This document shows positions 21,570-31,447 of a DNA stretch of 64,000 bases, piece after piece. How positions within the stretch are numbered: position 1 is the stretch's first letter; each line of letters starts with the position of its first letter. A program made the translations under genes and the position numbers. This stretch comes from an uncultured Methanoregulaceae archaeon (GTDB taxonomy: Archaea > Halobacteriota > Methanomicrobia > Methanomicrobiales > Methanospirillaceae), in the NCBI GenBank assembly GCA_963705255.1, contig OY970061.1, positions 1,152,001 to 1,216,000 on the forward strand, written 5' to 3'. The notes under the pieces are model-generated. The model had not been told where the DNA came from and did not search any database. It worked only from the letters and a program-made list of their open reading frames with translations.

Positions 21570-22609
21570 TGGCAACTGATGGAGTTCAGCGGTTAAAAGA
21601 TGAATCAGATAATTATGAACAAACAGTAATAGCCATAATTTCATTTGCACATCTTTTGCGTTATGATGATTCCCCAAAGAACTATCTTCCAGATTCAGTT
21701 TTTTTCATTGGAAGAAAAATGGACACATCCCCAAATAACCGGATAAATCCAAATTCTTTTGCGACACCTGATCTTATTCTTCAAATAAGTCCGAAATATG
21801 GAATTGTTGGGGAAGTGAAAAAATCCTTGCCCCAAAATAAAGAATTTTGGAAAAAATATTTTAGACAACTCCAAAAATACGATGATGATTTAAAGGGATG
21901 GAAAACCCCAAATGAGAAGATACAAAAAATGGATCTTGTCTTTTTAACGGATTATCTTCTTAAATCTGAAGTACTAGAATACATTAAACTAAAAATTCAA
22001 ACTGGTGAATTTAAAACAAATAATAATTTTTGTGTTGTCACTTTTATGAGATTACATGAATCTGAAGAAAAGTTTACTTTTGAAAATATTAGCGGAAAAT
22101 TCTCCGATATGTACGCCAATGAAATTTTAAAAATTGGTACACCGAGAGCAATGCCTCTTGAAGATGTTATGAATTATAATAAAAATTTCACAGTGAAATT
22201 TTACGATTCTCCCCCTCCTTTGCCGTATATGATGATGGTATTATGGGACAATATTTTTCCCAGTATTAAGACCATTGAACAATACATTGATGAGAAAGGA
22301 AAAAAACGACAAAAATTTGAAGTCAATATTGATTTTTTAACCAATGAGTTAAGGGAGAAATTTTCTCACAATGCGAATCATGATTCTCGACAAAAGAAAA
22401 TTCCAGAAAAAGATTGGGTTAAAAAGGCGATGGATGAATTTGTAAGATTAGGATATGCCGAAACTAAAATTGATGATAAAAACAGTTACATTGTAAAAAA
22501 GCGACTAATAAAAGAACCGTTGGAAAGATTTTGTAAAGACGTTGAAAAAGGACGTTCTTTAAAACTTGGAACAATTCAAAAAACTCTAGAAAAATGGACT
22601 GAAAATTAG
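21566..22609 (+). CDS. Putative PD-(D/E)xK nuclease with C-terminal winged helix
   Basis: TPDLILQ-x8-GEVKKS and RQLQKY (QxxxY); C-terminal KDWVKKAMDEFVRLGYAE plus beta hairpin. Confidence 0.65.
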   Translation: MMATDGVQRLKDESDNYEQTVIAIISFAHLLRYDDSPKNYLPDSVFFIGRKMDTSPNNRINPNSFATPDLILQISPKYGIVGEVKKSLPQNKEFWKKYFRQLQKYDDDLKGWKTPNEKIQKMDLVFLTDYLLKSEVLEYIKLKIQTGEFKTNNNFCVVTFMRLHESEEKFTFENISGKFSDMYANEILKIGTPRAMPLEDVMNYNKNFTVKFYDSPPPLPYMMMVLWDNIFPSIKTIEQYIDEKGKKRQKFEVNIDFLTNELREKFSHNANHDSRQKKIPEKDWVKKAMDEFVRLGYAETKIDDKNSYIVKKRLIKEPLERFCKDVEKGRSLKLGTIQKTLEKWTEN

Positions 22610-22652
22610 TTGAATTTTTATCACTTCATCACAAAGAGAAGTAATAAAAAGA

Positions 22653-22844
22653 TTACTCACCCTTCACAACCCTGACGCCATCGATCTTGATATAGCGCCG
22701 TTTCAGGTTGTGCTTGCTGCCGATCACGGCAAAGGTGCGCTCCTTCGCCTGGTTCTCGTTGGGTGCCTCGATCACTTTCGTGTACGGCATCCAGTCCTCG
22801 CCCATCCGGAAGGTTCCTTTCACTTCAAACTTCTGATCTGCCAA
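22653..22844 (-). CDS. rpl18a: 50S ribosomal protein L18Ae/LX
   Basis: FEVKGTF..IGSKHNLKRRYIKI; TTG start after GGAGTGA. Confidence 0.93.
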   Translation of the reverse strand: MADQKFEVKGTFRMGEDWMPYTKVIEAPNENQAKERTFAVIGSKHNLKRRYIKIDGVRVVKGE

Positions 22845-22849
22845 TGTAA

Positions 22850-23512
22850 TCACTCCAAAAATCCAAATACGTCCTCAATCCTGCCCAGTTCAAATCCGCT
22901 CGTCGCGTTGCCGGCGATGTAGCCTGACTCGTTCACGAGGAGGCCGGTGCCCACGAGCCCGCTGCCCATGTTGACCGAGCCCGTCCCGACCGGGACTTTT
23001 GCTACCTGCTCGAGCCGTGCGATCTGCTGCTCGGTTGCCCGGGGGTGCACGATCACGCCCTTGTTGGTCGCGACTCCTGCCATCCCCACGGTCTTGACGC
23101 CGCCGAGCACGAGCGTGATCACCTCGACCCCGAGGAACTCGCCGATCGCGTGCATCATGTCCGTGGGCATGTCCGGGTGGACTGCGGCAAAGCTGTCGTT
23201 CGCCATGATCACGTTGCCCGCGGCGTTCATCGACTCGTGGAGCAGCAGCACCTCGCGGTGCTCCGCCAGGATATCGACCTCGTCTTCGGTTGCCAGCCCC
23301 GAGACAACGAGGCCCCGGCTGTTGCCGGCAACGAGCGAGCCGATGATGGTGCTTCCCTGGATGGTGGTCTCGACCAGCTCCACGTTGAGAGCCGCCTTCA
23401 CTGCCGCCCTGAAATCATCCGTTGACTCCGGGGGGATGATGGCGATGTCCCCGAGCACCCGGGCAAAGACCCCGATGTTCGGATCGCCGGCGAACGTGAT
23501 CGTCCTGTCCAT
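22850..23512 (-). CDS. eif6: Translation initiation factor aIF6
   Basis: [38 protein letters not shown]. Confidence 0.96.
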   Translation of the reverse strand: MDRTITFAGDPNIGVFARVLGDIAIIPPESTDDFRAAVKAALNVELVETTIQGSTIIGSLVAGNSRGLVVSGLATEDEVDILAEHREVLLLHESMNAAGNVIMANDSFAAVHPDMPTDMMHAIGEFLGVEVITLVLGGVKTVGMAGVATNKGVIVHPRATEQQIARLEQVAKVPVGTGSVNMGSGLVGTGLLVNESGYIAGNATSGFELGRIEDVFGFLE

Positions 23513-23513
23513 C

Positions 23514-23780
23514 TTACGATTCCGGTGCAAGTTCTGCCTGAACCTGCCCGTCCTCCATCTTCATGGCCCGGACCCGGATCTTGGACGGCGGCTTCTGGCT
23601 GCCCCGTGCCCAGACCTTCTCGTTGATGCCCTGGTCGATCTTGACGTCCTCGCTCTTCATGTGCTTGGCGAGGTACTTCCTGATGTCCTTGATAGCGCCG
23701 TTGGACCGCTTCCAGCGGGGCATCCGCCGTGCCTCACGCAGGGGGATGATATAGATGTGCTCTTCCATCTTCTCTGCCAT
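23514..23780 (-). CDS. rpl31e: 50S ribosomal protein L31e
   Basis: [22 protein letters not shown]. Confidence 0.96.
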   Translation of the reverse strand: MAEKMEEHIYIIPLREARRMPRWKRSNGAIKDIRKYLAKHMKSEDVKIDQGINEKVWARGSQKPPSKIRVRAMKMEDGQVQAELAPES

Positions 23781-23783
23781 AGC

Positions 23784-23936
23784 TCACACCTTCAGCGTGC
23801 TCTTGCGCCAGTTGCGCCTTTTCGGGTGCGCAACTACCGAACGCTTGGTCCTGACCATAACCCACTGGGGCACGCGCCGGTTCTGGTCGCACGCCTTTGC
23901 AAGCCGGATTTTCCTGCCTTTGCTTAGTCTGCTCAT
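23784..23936 (-). CDS. rpl39e: 50S ribosomal protein L39e
   Basis: [32 protein letters not shown]. Confidence 0.96.
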   Translation of the reverse strand: MSRLSKGRKIRLAKACDQNRRVPQWVMVRTKRSVVAHPKRRNWRKSTLKV

Positions 23937-23953
23937 CTTCTTCACCTTGGTAA

Positions 23954-24541
23954 TTATCCTTTCCTGCCCACCACGAGCGATTGTTCGTGGTGCTCCGGGA
24001 ACAGGGGGGCATAGTCCAGCCCGCGGGCCCGGAACGCCTCCCTGATCTCTGCTTCGTAGTCGCCGTTCCGGATCGTCCCCGTTTCCCCATACTCTACGAT
24101 GAGAAACCGGTCTGAAAGCCGGTCGACTTCCGCCCTGACATAGCCGAGCAGGGGCCGCACGTACGAACACCCTGTCCTGCTGCCGAGGCTCTGGACCGCA
24201 TCGCGGGTGAGCATCGGGACCCGGTCATCAAACCGTGTGCCGTCCCCGACCACGTCATACTCACCCGCAAGCGTTTCCACGGCGGCCTGGTGCACGCGGT
24301 TGATGGCATCGTTCGGATACCCCTTCTCCATGACCAGGTCCACCATTTTGTTCAGCAATCCTTTCTCAAATACTCGTTTCCTGTGGGGAAACCCCAGCGC
24401 TTCTGCCGCAGCCTCGACCATCGGGATCCGGCGGGACGGGTCGAACACGAACGTGTTGAGTTCGACCTCATAATACGTACCCAGCATGATGGATGCAAGG
24501 GAACTGTCCTTTCCGCCGCTGTACAGCACTCCGGCTTTCAT
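23954..24541 (-). CDS. PP-loop ATPase family protein
   Basis: [28 protein letters not shown]; conserved position in the rps19e operon. Confidence 0.85.
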   Translation of the reverse strand: MKAGVLYSGGKDSSLASIMLGTYYEVELNTFVFDPSRRIPMVEAAAEALGFPHRKRVFEKGLLNKMVDLVMEKGYPNDAINRVHQAAVETLAGEYDVVGDGTRFDDRVPMLTRDAVQSLGSRTGCSYVRPLLGYVRAEVDRLSDRFLIVEYGETGTIRNGDYEAEIREAFRARGLDYAPLFPEHHEQSLVVGRKG

Positions 24542-24879
24542 TATTTCCGTGTTATGGAGTAATCCCGTTTGGCGGGCGCGAGCTGCCTGAGCAGCTCCTT
24601 GAACTGTGCATCAGTGATCTTCTTCTGCAGCCGTCCGCTCTGTGCGAGCGCGATGAGCTGCTGCTCGACCGCGCTGGCGAAATCCGGCTTGGTGAGCTTG
24701 ATGGTATTCAGGCGTTCCCGTGCATCCGGCTCGAGGATCTGCATGAGTATCATCTGGATCTGGGATTTCTGGCGCTTCTGGCGTTCGAGCTCTTCCTGCA
24801 TCGACTGCTGATCGCCAGCCTGCTGCTGCAGCTGCGCCATCCTGCGTTTGCGGAGTTCGTTAAGCTCGTCGTCTCCCAT
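24541..24879 (-). CDS. PDCD5-like DNA-binding protein
   Basis: [39 protein letters not shown]. Confidence 0.92.
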   Translation of the reverse strand: MGDDELNELRKRRMAQLQQQAGDQQSMQEELERQKRQKSQIQMILMQILEPDARERLNTIKLTKPDFASAVEQQLIALAQSGRLQKKITDAQFKELLRQLAPAKRDYSITRK

Positions 24880-24888
24880 ACTGCTGCC

Positions 24889-25500
24889 TCACTTGGCTGC
24901 TTCAGGTTTTTCAGCTTTCTTGCCTTCAGCCTTCTCTTTCTTGGCTGCCGGCTTCTTCTCTGCCTTGGCACCCTCGGCGCCTTCGGCTGCCTTCTCGCCG
25001 CCCTTCTTCTTGCCTTCCTTCCTGCCGTCGGCCTTCTTGGGCTCCTCGGCAACCGGCTTGGCACGCTTCGGGACGGGCGGTGGCGGGGTCATCTTCACTT
25101 CCTGTGCCATGGCATCGAGGAAGGCCATACCTGCAGGCGAGACTTTCCGGCCGGTCTTGTCGTGGACAAGGAGCCCTGCTGCCTCCAGCTGCTGGACAGA
25201 CTTGCGCAGGATCGACCCGCTGCCCTTGCGGAACGCGTTGGGCCTGGAGCCGCGGTTCTTGTTACCGCCGTAAAAGCTTCGCATCCTCTCGACACCCAGA
25301 GGGCCGTCGACATAGATGCGCCTCAACACTGCTGCTACCCGGATGAACCACCAGTCGGGGTCTTCCGGGGGCATCTCTTTGTGCACCCCGGTCTTTGCAA
25401 AGGCGGCCCAGGCGGGTGGAGTGATCTCCTTCCGCTTCTTGAGCTCCTCGGCAACCCTCCGGATGATGTGGTCAGCGGGGACATCGTATACTGTTGTCAT
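24889..25500 (-). CDS. rps19e: 30S ribosomal protein S19e with Lys/Ala/Glu-rich tail
   Basis: MTTVYDVPAD, WAAFAKTGVHKE, GSGSILRKSVQQLE. Confidence 0.96.
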   Translation of the reverse strand: MTTVYDVPADHIIRRVAEELKKRKEITPPAWAAFAKTGVHKEMPPEDPDWWFIRVAAVLRRIYVDGPLGVERMRSFYGGNKNRGSRPNAFRKGSGSILRKSVQQLEAAGLLVHDKTGRKVSPAGMAFLDAMAQEVKMTPPPPVPKRAKPVAEEPKKADGRKEGKKKGGEKAAEGAEGAKAEKKPAAKKEKAEGKKAEKPEAAK

Positions 25501-25579
25501 CTACTACCTCACTGTTGAATAATGAAATAACAGTCTTATGTTATTTGTGAGGAAGGTTCTTATATATTTCCAAGATCCA

Positions 25580-25980
25580 ACCGTCGCGGAAGCGAGGGAT
25601 GGATGGAGAAAAATTCATCAGAATTCTTCGACAGGGATGAGATCGACGGATCGGGGGAAAGGTCAATCATCCTGATTCGAGATCAATTAAATCAGGCTCC
25701 ATCAATAATATCTTCTTTTAAAAATTCTTGTGAGGGCCCCCCGCCTCAGGGCCCCTTCGGGGCACGGCGGGGCAGATTACCCAATTTGCCACGAATCAAA
25801 CCGTTAGGGAACGTCTCCACCGGGGATTATTCCCCATGCTCTCATCCGTTGCGAGTGGGGATGTCCTGAGGGACAATGTCCCGAGGGATTGAAGAAATCA
25901 TCGAAGATGATTTCGTATGCTTGCCCATCCCCACGAGCCGTTATCACAATTTGGGGGTATGGGGGCATCAGCCCCCATCA
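25580..25980. repeat. Hairpin-rich intergenic element
   Basis: GAAAAATTC-ATCA-GAATTCTTC, GAAATCATC-GAA-GATGATTTC, ATGGGGGC-ATCA-GCCCCCAT and other stem-loops. Confidence 0.6.
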
Positions 25981-26005
25981 AAATAATTAGCCAATTCAAG
26001 ATATC

Positions 26006-26323
26006 TCACTTCTTCGCTCGTTTTATCATTCCGGTTTCCCGGGGCTTTGCAGTTCCCGTGGCCTTCCCGGTAGTGCCCGGTGCTGCCTTCCCCTTCTCCG
26101 CGAGTATCATTGTCCTTCCCCGCACCTCGACAAGCCGGGCCTTTGCCCGGGAAGCGACAGCCTCCGGGTCGACGTCCGTGTTCTGGAGCCACTTGACTTT
26201 GATCAGCTTCCGCTTCTTGAGCTGGGACACGATTTCGTCAATCATGGTCCCGGTGCATCCCTGTTTGCCGATCCAGACGGTCGGCTTGAGGTCCTGCATG
26301 GAGGTATCAGGTTGTTCCGGCAT
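26006..26323 (-). CDS. YhbY/CRM RNA-binding protein
   Basis: LKPTVWIGKQG, QLKKRKLIKVK, VRGRTMIL. Confidence 0.9.
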   Translation of the reverse strand: MPEQPDTSMQDLKPTVWIGKQGCTGTMIDEIVSQLKKRKLIKVKWLQNTDVDPEAVASRAKARLVEVRGRTMILAEKGKAAPGTTGKATGTAKPRETGMIKRAKK

Positions 26324-26633
26324 GAGGTCTCACCACACGATATCTCATCTTCCTGTTGCAGGAGCGGCAGGTCACCACGACATTGCCCCGGTGCACCCGC
26401 ACCCGCATGTTCCGGCCCGGCACGAGAAAGGCATAGCAGTGGTGGCAGAACTGGCGGCGGAACTCGCGGTCGATCCGGACCCGCTGGCGCATGGAGATCT
26501 TCCGGGCGAGCTCGACATAGCGGTTGCTGAGCTCGGGGTGCCCGGAAAACGCCAGCCGTGCCTGTTCGAACAGCACCGCGATGCGTTCCCGTGCAATCTT
26601 CTTGGTGGCGGGGTTTCTGGATCTCTCTTTCAT
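26307..26633 (-). CDS. rnp4: RNase P protein component 4 (Rpp21)
   Basis: IARERIAVLF, RYVELARKI, FCHHC..TCRSC zinc ribbon. Confidence 0.95.
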   Translation of the reverse strand: MKERSRNPATKKIARERIAVLFEQARLAFSGHPELSNRYVELARKISMRQRVRIDREFRRQFCHHCYAFLVPGRNMRVRVHRGNVVVTCRSCNRKMRYRVVRPHAGTT

Positions 26634-26734
26634 GACCCGGTACCGGCTCCCGGTTGTGCTATACTATCACCGTCCCGGATAAAAAAGGCCGCTGTGAAAT
26701 TTCCGTGAATGCCCCGGAACCTGCACCGGTGTAT

Positions 26735-27340
26735 TCAGCGGATGCGGACTCTCCGCCCCTCAATCACCAGCCGCCCTTCGCAGAAGAGCCGTATCGCCTC
26801 GGGGTAGCACTCATGCTCCCGTTCGAGGATCCGGTCTGCCAGAGAGTCCTCGTCGTCATCCTCCACAACCGGGACACACGCCTGGAGGATGATCGGCCCG
26901 CCGTCGAGGCACTCGTCCACGAAATGGACCGTGCAGCCGGCCACCTTGACCCCATGAAGTACAGCCTGCCGCTGGGCGTGCAGCCCGGGGAAACCCGGCA
27001 GGAGAGCGGGGTGGATGTTCATGATCCTGTCAGGAAACGCACGTACAATCCCGGAGCCGAGGATCCGCATGTAGCCGGCGAGCACGAAGAGCTCGGCACC
27101 GCACTCCTGCATGGCGGCAAGGAGCGCCTGTTCGTAACCGGCCCTGTCGGGAAATGAGGTATAGTCGATGATCAGCACCGGGACCTGCGCCTTCTCCGCC
27201 CGCTCAATCGCGTACGCCTCCGGGTTATCGGTGATGAGCGCCACGCAGGCCGCCGGCACCGTTCCGGCCCGGATGGCATCGAGCACCGCCTGGAAATTCG
27301 AACCCCGCCCCGAAGCAAGCACGGCAATACGTTTTTTCAT
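26735..27340 (-). CDS. purN: Phosphoribosylglycinamide formyltransferase
   Basis: SGRGSNFQA, LAGYMRIL, NIHPALLP, GCTVHFV..LDGGPII. Confidence 0.96.
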   Translation of the reverse strand: MKKRIAVLASGRGSNFQAVLDAIRAGTVPAACVALITDNPEAYAIERAEKAQVPVLIIDYTSFPDRAGYEQALLAAMQECGAELFVLAGYMRILGSGIVRAFPDRIMNIHPALLPGFPGLHAQRQAVLHGVKVAGCTVHFVDECLDGGPIILQACVPVVEDDDEDSLADRILEREHECYPEAIRLFCEGRLVIEGRRVRIR

Positions 27341-27359
27341 CCCCACCATCTCCCGCAAT

Positions 27360-28637
27360 TCAGGGCTGTTCGCTGCCACTCCCATCCGCAGGCCGGGCAA
27401 CGATCTTCACCTTCACGATGCGCCGCCCGTGCATCTGCATGACCACGAGCGTCACGCCGGCAGGCCCGATCTCCACTTTTTCTCCCGGGTGCTGGGGCAG
27501 GTGGCCGAGCCGGTCGATGATGAGGCCCCCGATAGTCTCGTAAGCCTCGTCTGTCGGCAGCTCGAGATCCATCCGCTCGTTGATGTCCTCGACCCACATC
27601 TGGGCGTCGACGACGTGGACGCCGGGAGCGAGTTCCTGCACCCCGGGCTCCTCCTTGTCGTGCTCGTCCATGATGTCGCCAACGAGCTCTTCGAGAATGT
27701 CTTCGACTGTCACGATCCCGACAAAGCTGCTGTACTCGTCGATTACGATCGCCATCAGCACCCGGTGGACCTGAAGCTCTTTCAGGAGGTCATCGATCTT
27801 CATTGTCTCGGGCACGAACATGGGATCGAACATGATCTCTTTTATGGTCGACGTGGTGCGGCGGGAGACCATCGCCGAGAAGACGTCCTTGACGTTCAGG
27901 ATACCGGTGATGTTGTCGATGCGGTCGTGATATACCGGGATCCTTGAAAAACCCGTCTCGTTGAAGATCCGGATCGCTTCCTCGAACGTCACGGTGTCTT
28001 CCATGAGGATGACATCCACCCGCGGCGTCATGATCTCGCGGGCGGTGGTGTCGCCGAACTCGAGCACCGAGTAGAGCATGTCCTGCTCTCCCTGCTCGAT
28101 CGTACCTTCCTCCTTGCCGACATCGATCCATTCCTTGATCTCCTCTTCCGTGACCGCGGGTTCGGAGACTTCCTTGCCGATCCCGAGCGTCGGGCTGACC
28201 CGTTCCACGAGCCAGATGACCGGGGAGAAGATGCGGGAGAGGAAGAGGATGACCGGGGCGACGGTGAGGGCAAACGAGTCCGATGCACGTGCAGCATAGA
28301 TCTTGGGCCCGATCTCGCCAAAGACCAGGAGGACGATGACGACAAAACCGGTGGCGATACCGACCCCGATATCACCGAATGCCTGGATCGCGATTGCCGT
28401 TGCAATAGCGGCAACCGTGATGTTGACGATCGTGTTACCGATGAGGATGGTTATCAGGAGATGTTCAGGCGATTCTTTCAGTGCTGCAACAGCCTGCGAT
28501 CCCGGCTTCCGGTCATTGACCAGTGTCCGCACTTTTGCCCGGGTGATCCCGATGAGTGCGACTTCCGAACTGGAAAAAAACGCGGAGAGAAGGATACAGA
28601 TAATAAAGAGAGGGATTTCAAGGGCGTCCAGGATCAT
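27360..28637 (-). CDS. CNNM/hemolysin-family CBS-CorC transporter
   Basis: SAFFSSSEVAL, FGEIGPK, IMTPRVD, FSRIPVY, VTVEDILEELVGDI. Confidence 0.92.
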   Translation of the reverse strand: MILDALEIPLFIICILLSAFFSSSEVALIGITRAKVRTLVNDRKPGSQAVAALKESPEHLLITILIGNTIVNITVAAIATAIAIQAFGDIGVGIATGFVVIVLLVFGEIGPKIYAARASDSFALTVAPVILFLSRIFSPVIWLVERVSPTLGIGKEVSEPAVTEEEIKEWIDVGKEEGTIEQGEQDMLYSVLEFGDTTAREIMTPRVDVILMEDTVTFEEAIRIFNETGFSRIPVYHDRIDNITGILNVKDVFSAMVSRRTTSTIKEIMFDPMFVPETMKIDDLLKELQVHRVLMAIVIDEYSSFVGIVTVEDILEELVGDIMDEHDKEEPGVQELAPGVHVVDAQMWVEDINERMDLELPTDEAYETIGGLIIDRLGHLPQHPGEKVEIGPAGVTLVVMQMHGRRIVKVKIVARPADGSGSEQP

Positions 28638-28720
28638 TGTATTTCACATCGTGCGGGTGCACGCATAGGTTCAGGAGGATTATTAATCATATTCGGGGGC
28701 GAATTTTATAAAACCAGCGA

Positions 28721-29542
28721 TTAATCCATGCATTCGTGCATAAAGGCGCAATCCTGCGCGAGCACCGCGACCTTCTCTTCGGCTGACAGGGGCCTGCCGA
28801 AGTTCAGATCCTCGATCTCGAGCGTGAGGCTGCCGGTAAAGCCGTTCTCGCGGAGTGCTCCCATCACCTTTGCCGTGACGGGACTCCGGGCAAGGGGCAG
28901 GTGCAGGGTCTTTCCCTCGGCCCTGCTGAGGTGGACGTTGATGAGGCGGTCATGACAGAGCTCGATATACCGCAGCGGCTCGTCCCAGGATTTTGCAAGG
29001 GCATGCGACACGTCGAGCGTGAAGAACATCCACGGCTCTTCATCGAGAAGGGCCCGCACCCGTTCCGGCGTGCAGAGGAGCGAGTTGACGACCGGCTCCA
29101 TGTTCTCCATGCATACCCTGAAGGAATTTCTGGTCGCTGCCTCCCGGAGGGCCGAGATGTAGTGGTCGAACCTTGCGAAGTCTGCATCGCCCGGGGGGCG
29201 CTTGGCCGTCCGCCGCCCGGGGTGGAAGGTGACAACCCCGGCTCCCATTTTTTCTGCAATCTCCAGGGACCGGACAGCGTACTCCACCGACACCCCGGCT
29301 ACCTCAGGATTGATGGAGCAGGGATTCAGGTCAAGGATAGGAGCATGCACGGTAAATGTCCTCAGTTCCGGGTGCTCGTTCCGGCACGCCACCACCTCGC
29401 CGGCCGGGATGTCGCGGAGCCAGAAATGCGGGGTCTCCAGCCAGAACTCGAGCCCGTCGAGCCCGGAGCGGGAGACGAACGAGAAGATTTCGCTGCAGGT
29501 GTATTCGTGGAAGAACATGCTTGCGACGGAGAACGACACCAT
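28721..29542 (-). CDS. Sugar-phosphate isomerase/epimerase-like TIM barrel (AP endonuclease 2 family)
   Basis: VHAPILDLN, TFHPG, MENME, TLDVSHA, VHLS, HLP, TLEIED. Confidence 0.85.
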   Translation of the reverse strand: MVSFSVASMFFHEYTCSEIFSFVSRSGLDGLEFWLETPHFWLRDIPAGEVVACRNEHPELRTFTVHAPILDLNPCSINPEVAGVSVEYAVRSLEIAEKMGAGVVTFHPGRRTAKRPPGDADFARFDHYISALREAATRNSFRVCMENMEPVVNSLLCTPERVRALLDEEPWMFFTLDVSHALAKSWDEPLRYIELCHDRLINVHLSRAEGKTLHLPLARSPVTAKVMGALRENGFTGSLTLEIEDLNFGRPLSAEEKVAVLAQDCAFMHECMD

Positions 29543-29584
29543 GGTAGTACTATTTGATATGCCGTTTTAGCCTAATAGTTGTTG

Positions 29585-30833
29585 ATGGACTGGTTCAGCA
29601 CCCCGGAAGAACCGGTTGGGGGGAGGACCGCCCCGCTGAAAGTATCGGAACTCTCGGCAATCATAGAAGGGCTCCTCGACGACCCCCGCCTGCAGGACGT
29701 GTGGGTGCGGGGCGAGGTGACAAACTACACCCACCACGGGAGGGGGCACCGCTACTTCTCGCTCTCGGAAAAAGGCGGGGGGAGTACGGCCGCCGTGATA
29801 AAATGCGTGATGTGGCGCTCCGATGCGGAACGGCTCGCGTTCAGCCCTGCCGAGGGGATGGACGTGATCGTTGCCGGCACGGTCCGGCTCTACGCCCCCC
29901 ACGGGGCCTACCAGCTGCAGGTAAGGGTGATGAAGAGAGCCGGTGCCGGCGAGAAATACCTCCTCGTGGAGCAGTGGAAACGCGAACTCGCAGCCGAAGG
30001 CTGTTTTGCCCCCGAAAGGAAACGGGGCCTCCCGGAGTTCCCTTCGGTCATCGGCGTGGTAACATCCGAGAGCGGTGCCGTCATCCACGATATCAGGACC
30101 GTCATTGAACGGCGGTACCCGCTCGGGATCGTCATCTCGCCTACGGCCGTGCAGGGGGAGGAGGCCCACCGGGAGATCGCCCGTGCGATCCGGCGCCTTG
30201 CCGGGGGTGTCGACATCATCATCGTTGCCCGGGGCGGGGGAAGTTTCGAGGACCTCTTCGCCTTCAACCACCCCGATGTCGTGCGGGCGATCGCGGCAAG
30301 CCCGGTGCCGGTCGTCAGTGCAATCGGGCACGAAGTGGACGTGACGCTGGCGGATCTCGCGGCCGATATCCGGGCTCCCACCCCGTCTGCTGCTGCCGAA
30401 CTGGTCGTCCCCGACCGGAATGTCCTCATCGCCCGGGTACGGGAGCTCAGGTGCCGGATGGGGTCGGCGCTCCAGGCCCGGCTGGTGCGGGCACAGGAGG
30501 AGGTCGCAGAACTCCGGGACAGGCTCCGCCCCCTCCGCTTTGCCCGGAAACTCGAGGAGCGGAAGACTGCGACTGCCGACCTGGCCGACCGCCTCGGCAG
30601 GGCATCCGGCACGAGGATCGAGCGCGAACGCCTGGTCCTGGCAGAACTGAAGACAGCCCTCTCCGGCGGAGCCCCTTGCGGTCCTGTCCCGGGGGTACTG
30701 CGTGGCGGAGAAGGACGGGATGGTCGTACGGGGCGTGGACAAGGTGGATGAGGGTGACCGCATGAAGGTCAGATTTTACGACGGGAACAGCCAGGTGATC
30801 GTGGAGCGTGTAGACCATGACAGAAACCTATGA
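29585..30833 (+). CDS. xseA: Exodeoxyribonuclease VII large subunit (frameshift near 30670)
   Basis: VWVRGEVTN, GHRYFSL, ARGGGSFEDL, SAIGHEVD, APTPSAAAE; shifted tail LAVLSRGY..VRFYDG. Confidence 0.93.
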
Positions 30834-31002
30834 GACAAAGATCGAGCAGCTCAGGAAGATCATCGAGAAGATCGATGACGGGACAACAAGTCTTGACGAG
30901 AGCATACGGCTCTACGAGCAGGGGGCGGCGCTGGTGAAACAGTGCGAGGATATGCTGAACGAGGCGGAAGTGAAGATCACGACCCTCAGCCGGGACGCGT
31001 GA
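30817..31002 (+). CDS. xseB: Exodeoxyribonuclease VII small subunit
   Basis: TYETKIEQLRKII..SLDESIRLYEQG..CEDMLNEAE. Confidence 0.93.
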   Translation: MTETYETKIEQLRKIIEKIDDGTTSLDESIRLYEQGAALVKQCEDMLNEAEVKITTLSRDA

Positions 31003-31414
31003 CCGTCAGGGTAATAACCATCTCTTTTCCGGCCGCAAGGTTCCCGATCAGGGCTTCCGGGAGTGTTGCCGCTACGCAGTCCGAGAGGATCCCGATCGTG
31101 CGCCCGCAGACGAACGGGCTCCGGCGCCAGACCATGTCGGCCGGGTGGTCGAGCGCGAACCGCGAAGAGCCGCGTGACTTCACGACTGCCATGCTCCCGC
31201 CGCACTCGAGCCGCGTCACCAGGACCGCGTCGTCGTGGGCCAGCACTTCCTTAAAGACCGCCGACAGCCCGGCACACCCCTTGTCGGCAGCAACCCCGAT
31301 GATGCAGTTGCCGTTCTCTGTCAGGTGCTCCCCGCGGGTCACCTCAAACGTCGTTAAGTGGGTGCCGAGGACGAGCGGGTGCCCCCGGCAGTAAACGGTC
31401 TCCTGCGCCTCCAT
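30986..31414 (-). CDS. DUF371 protein
   Basis: GHPLVLGTHLTTFEVT..GNCIIGVAADKG..DMVWRRS. Confidence 0.88.
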   Translation of the reverse strand: MEAQETVYCRGHPLVLGTHLTTFEVTRGEHLTENGNCIIGVAADKGCAGLSAVFKEVLAHDDAVLVTRLECGGSMAVVKSRGSSRFALDHPADMVWRRSPFVCGRTIGILSDCVAATLPEALIGNLAAGKEMVITLTVTRPG

Positions 31415-31447
31415 GCTTTATCATGTGAGGGTTGCCATGCATATTCA

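Noticed and set aside
25580-25980. RNase P RNA or SRP RNA near rnp4
   Set aside because: GAGGAAAGUCC-like P4 and SRP helix-8 motifs not found on either strand
29585-31002. xseAB as a novelty in archaea
   Set aside because: Exonuclease VII is already known in several euryarchaeal lineages and GC is host-like
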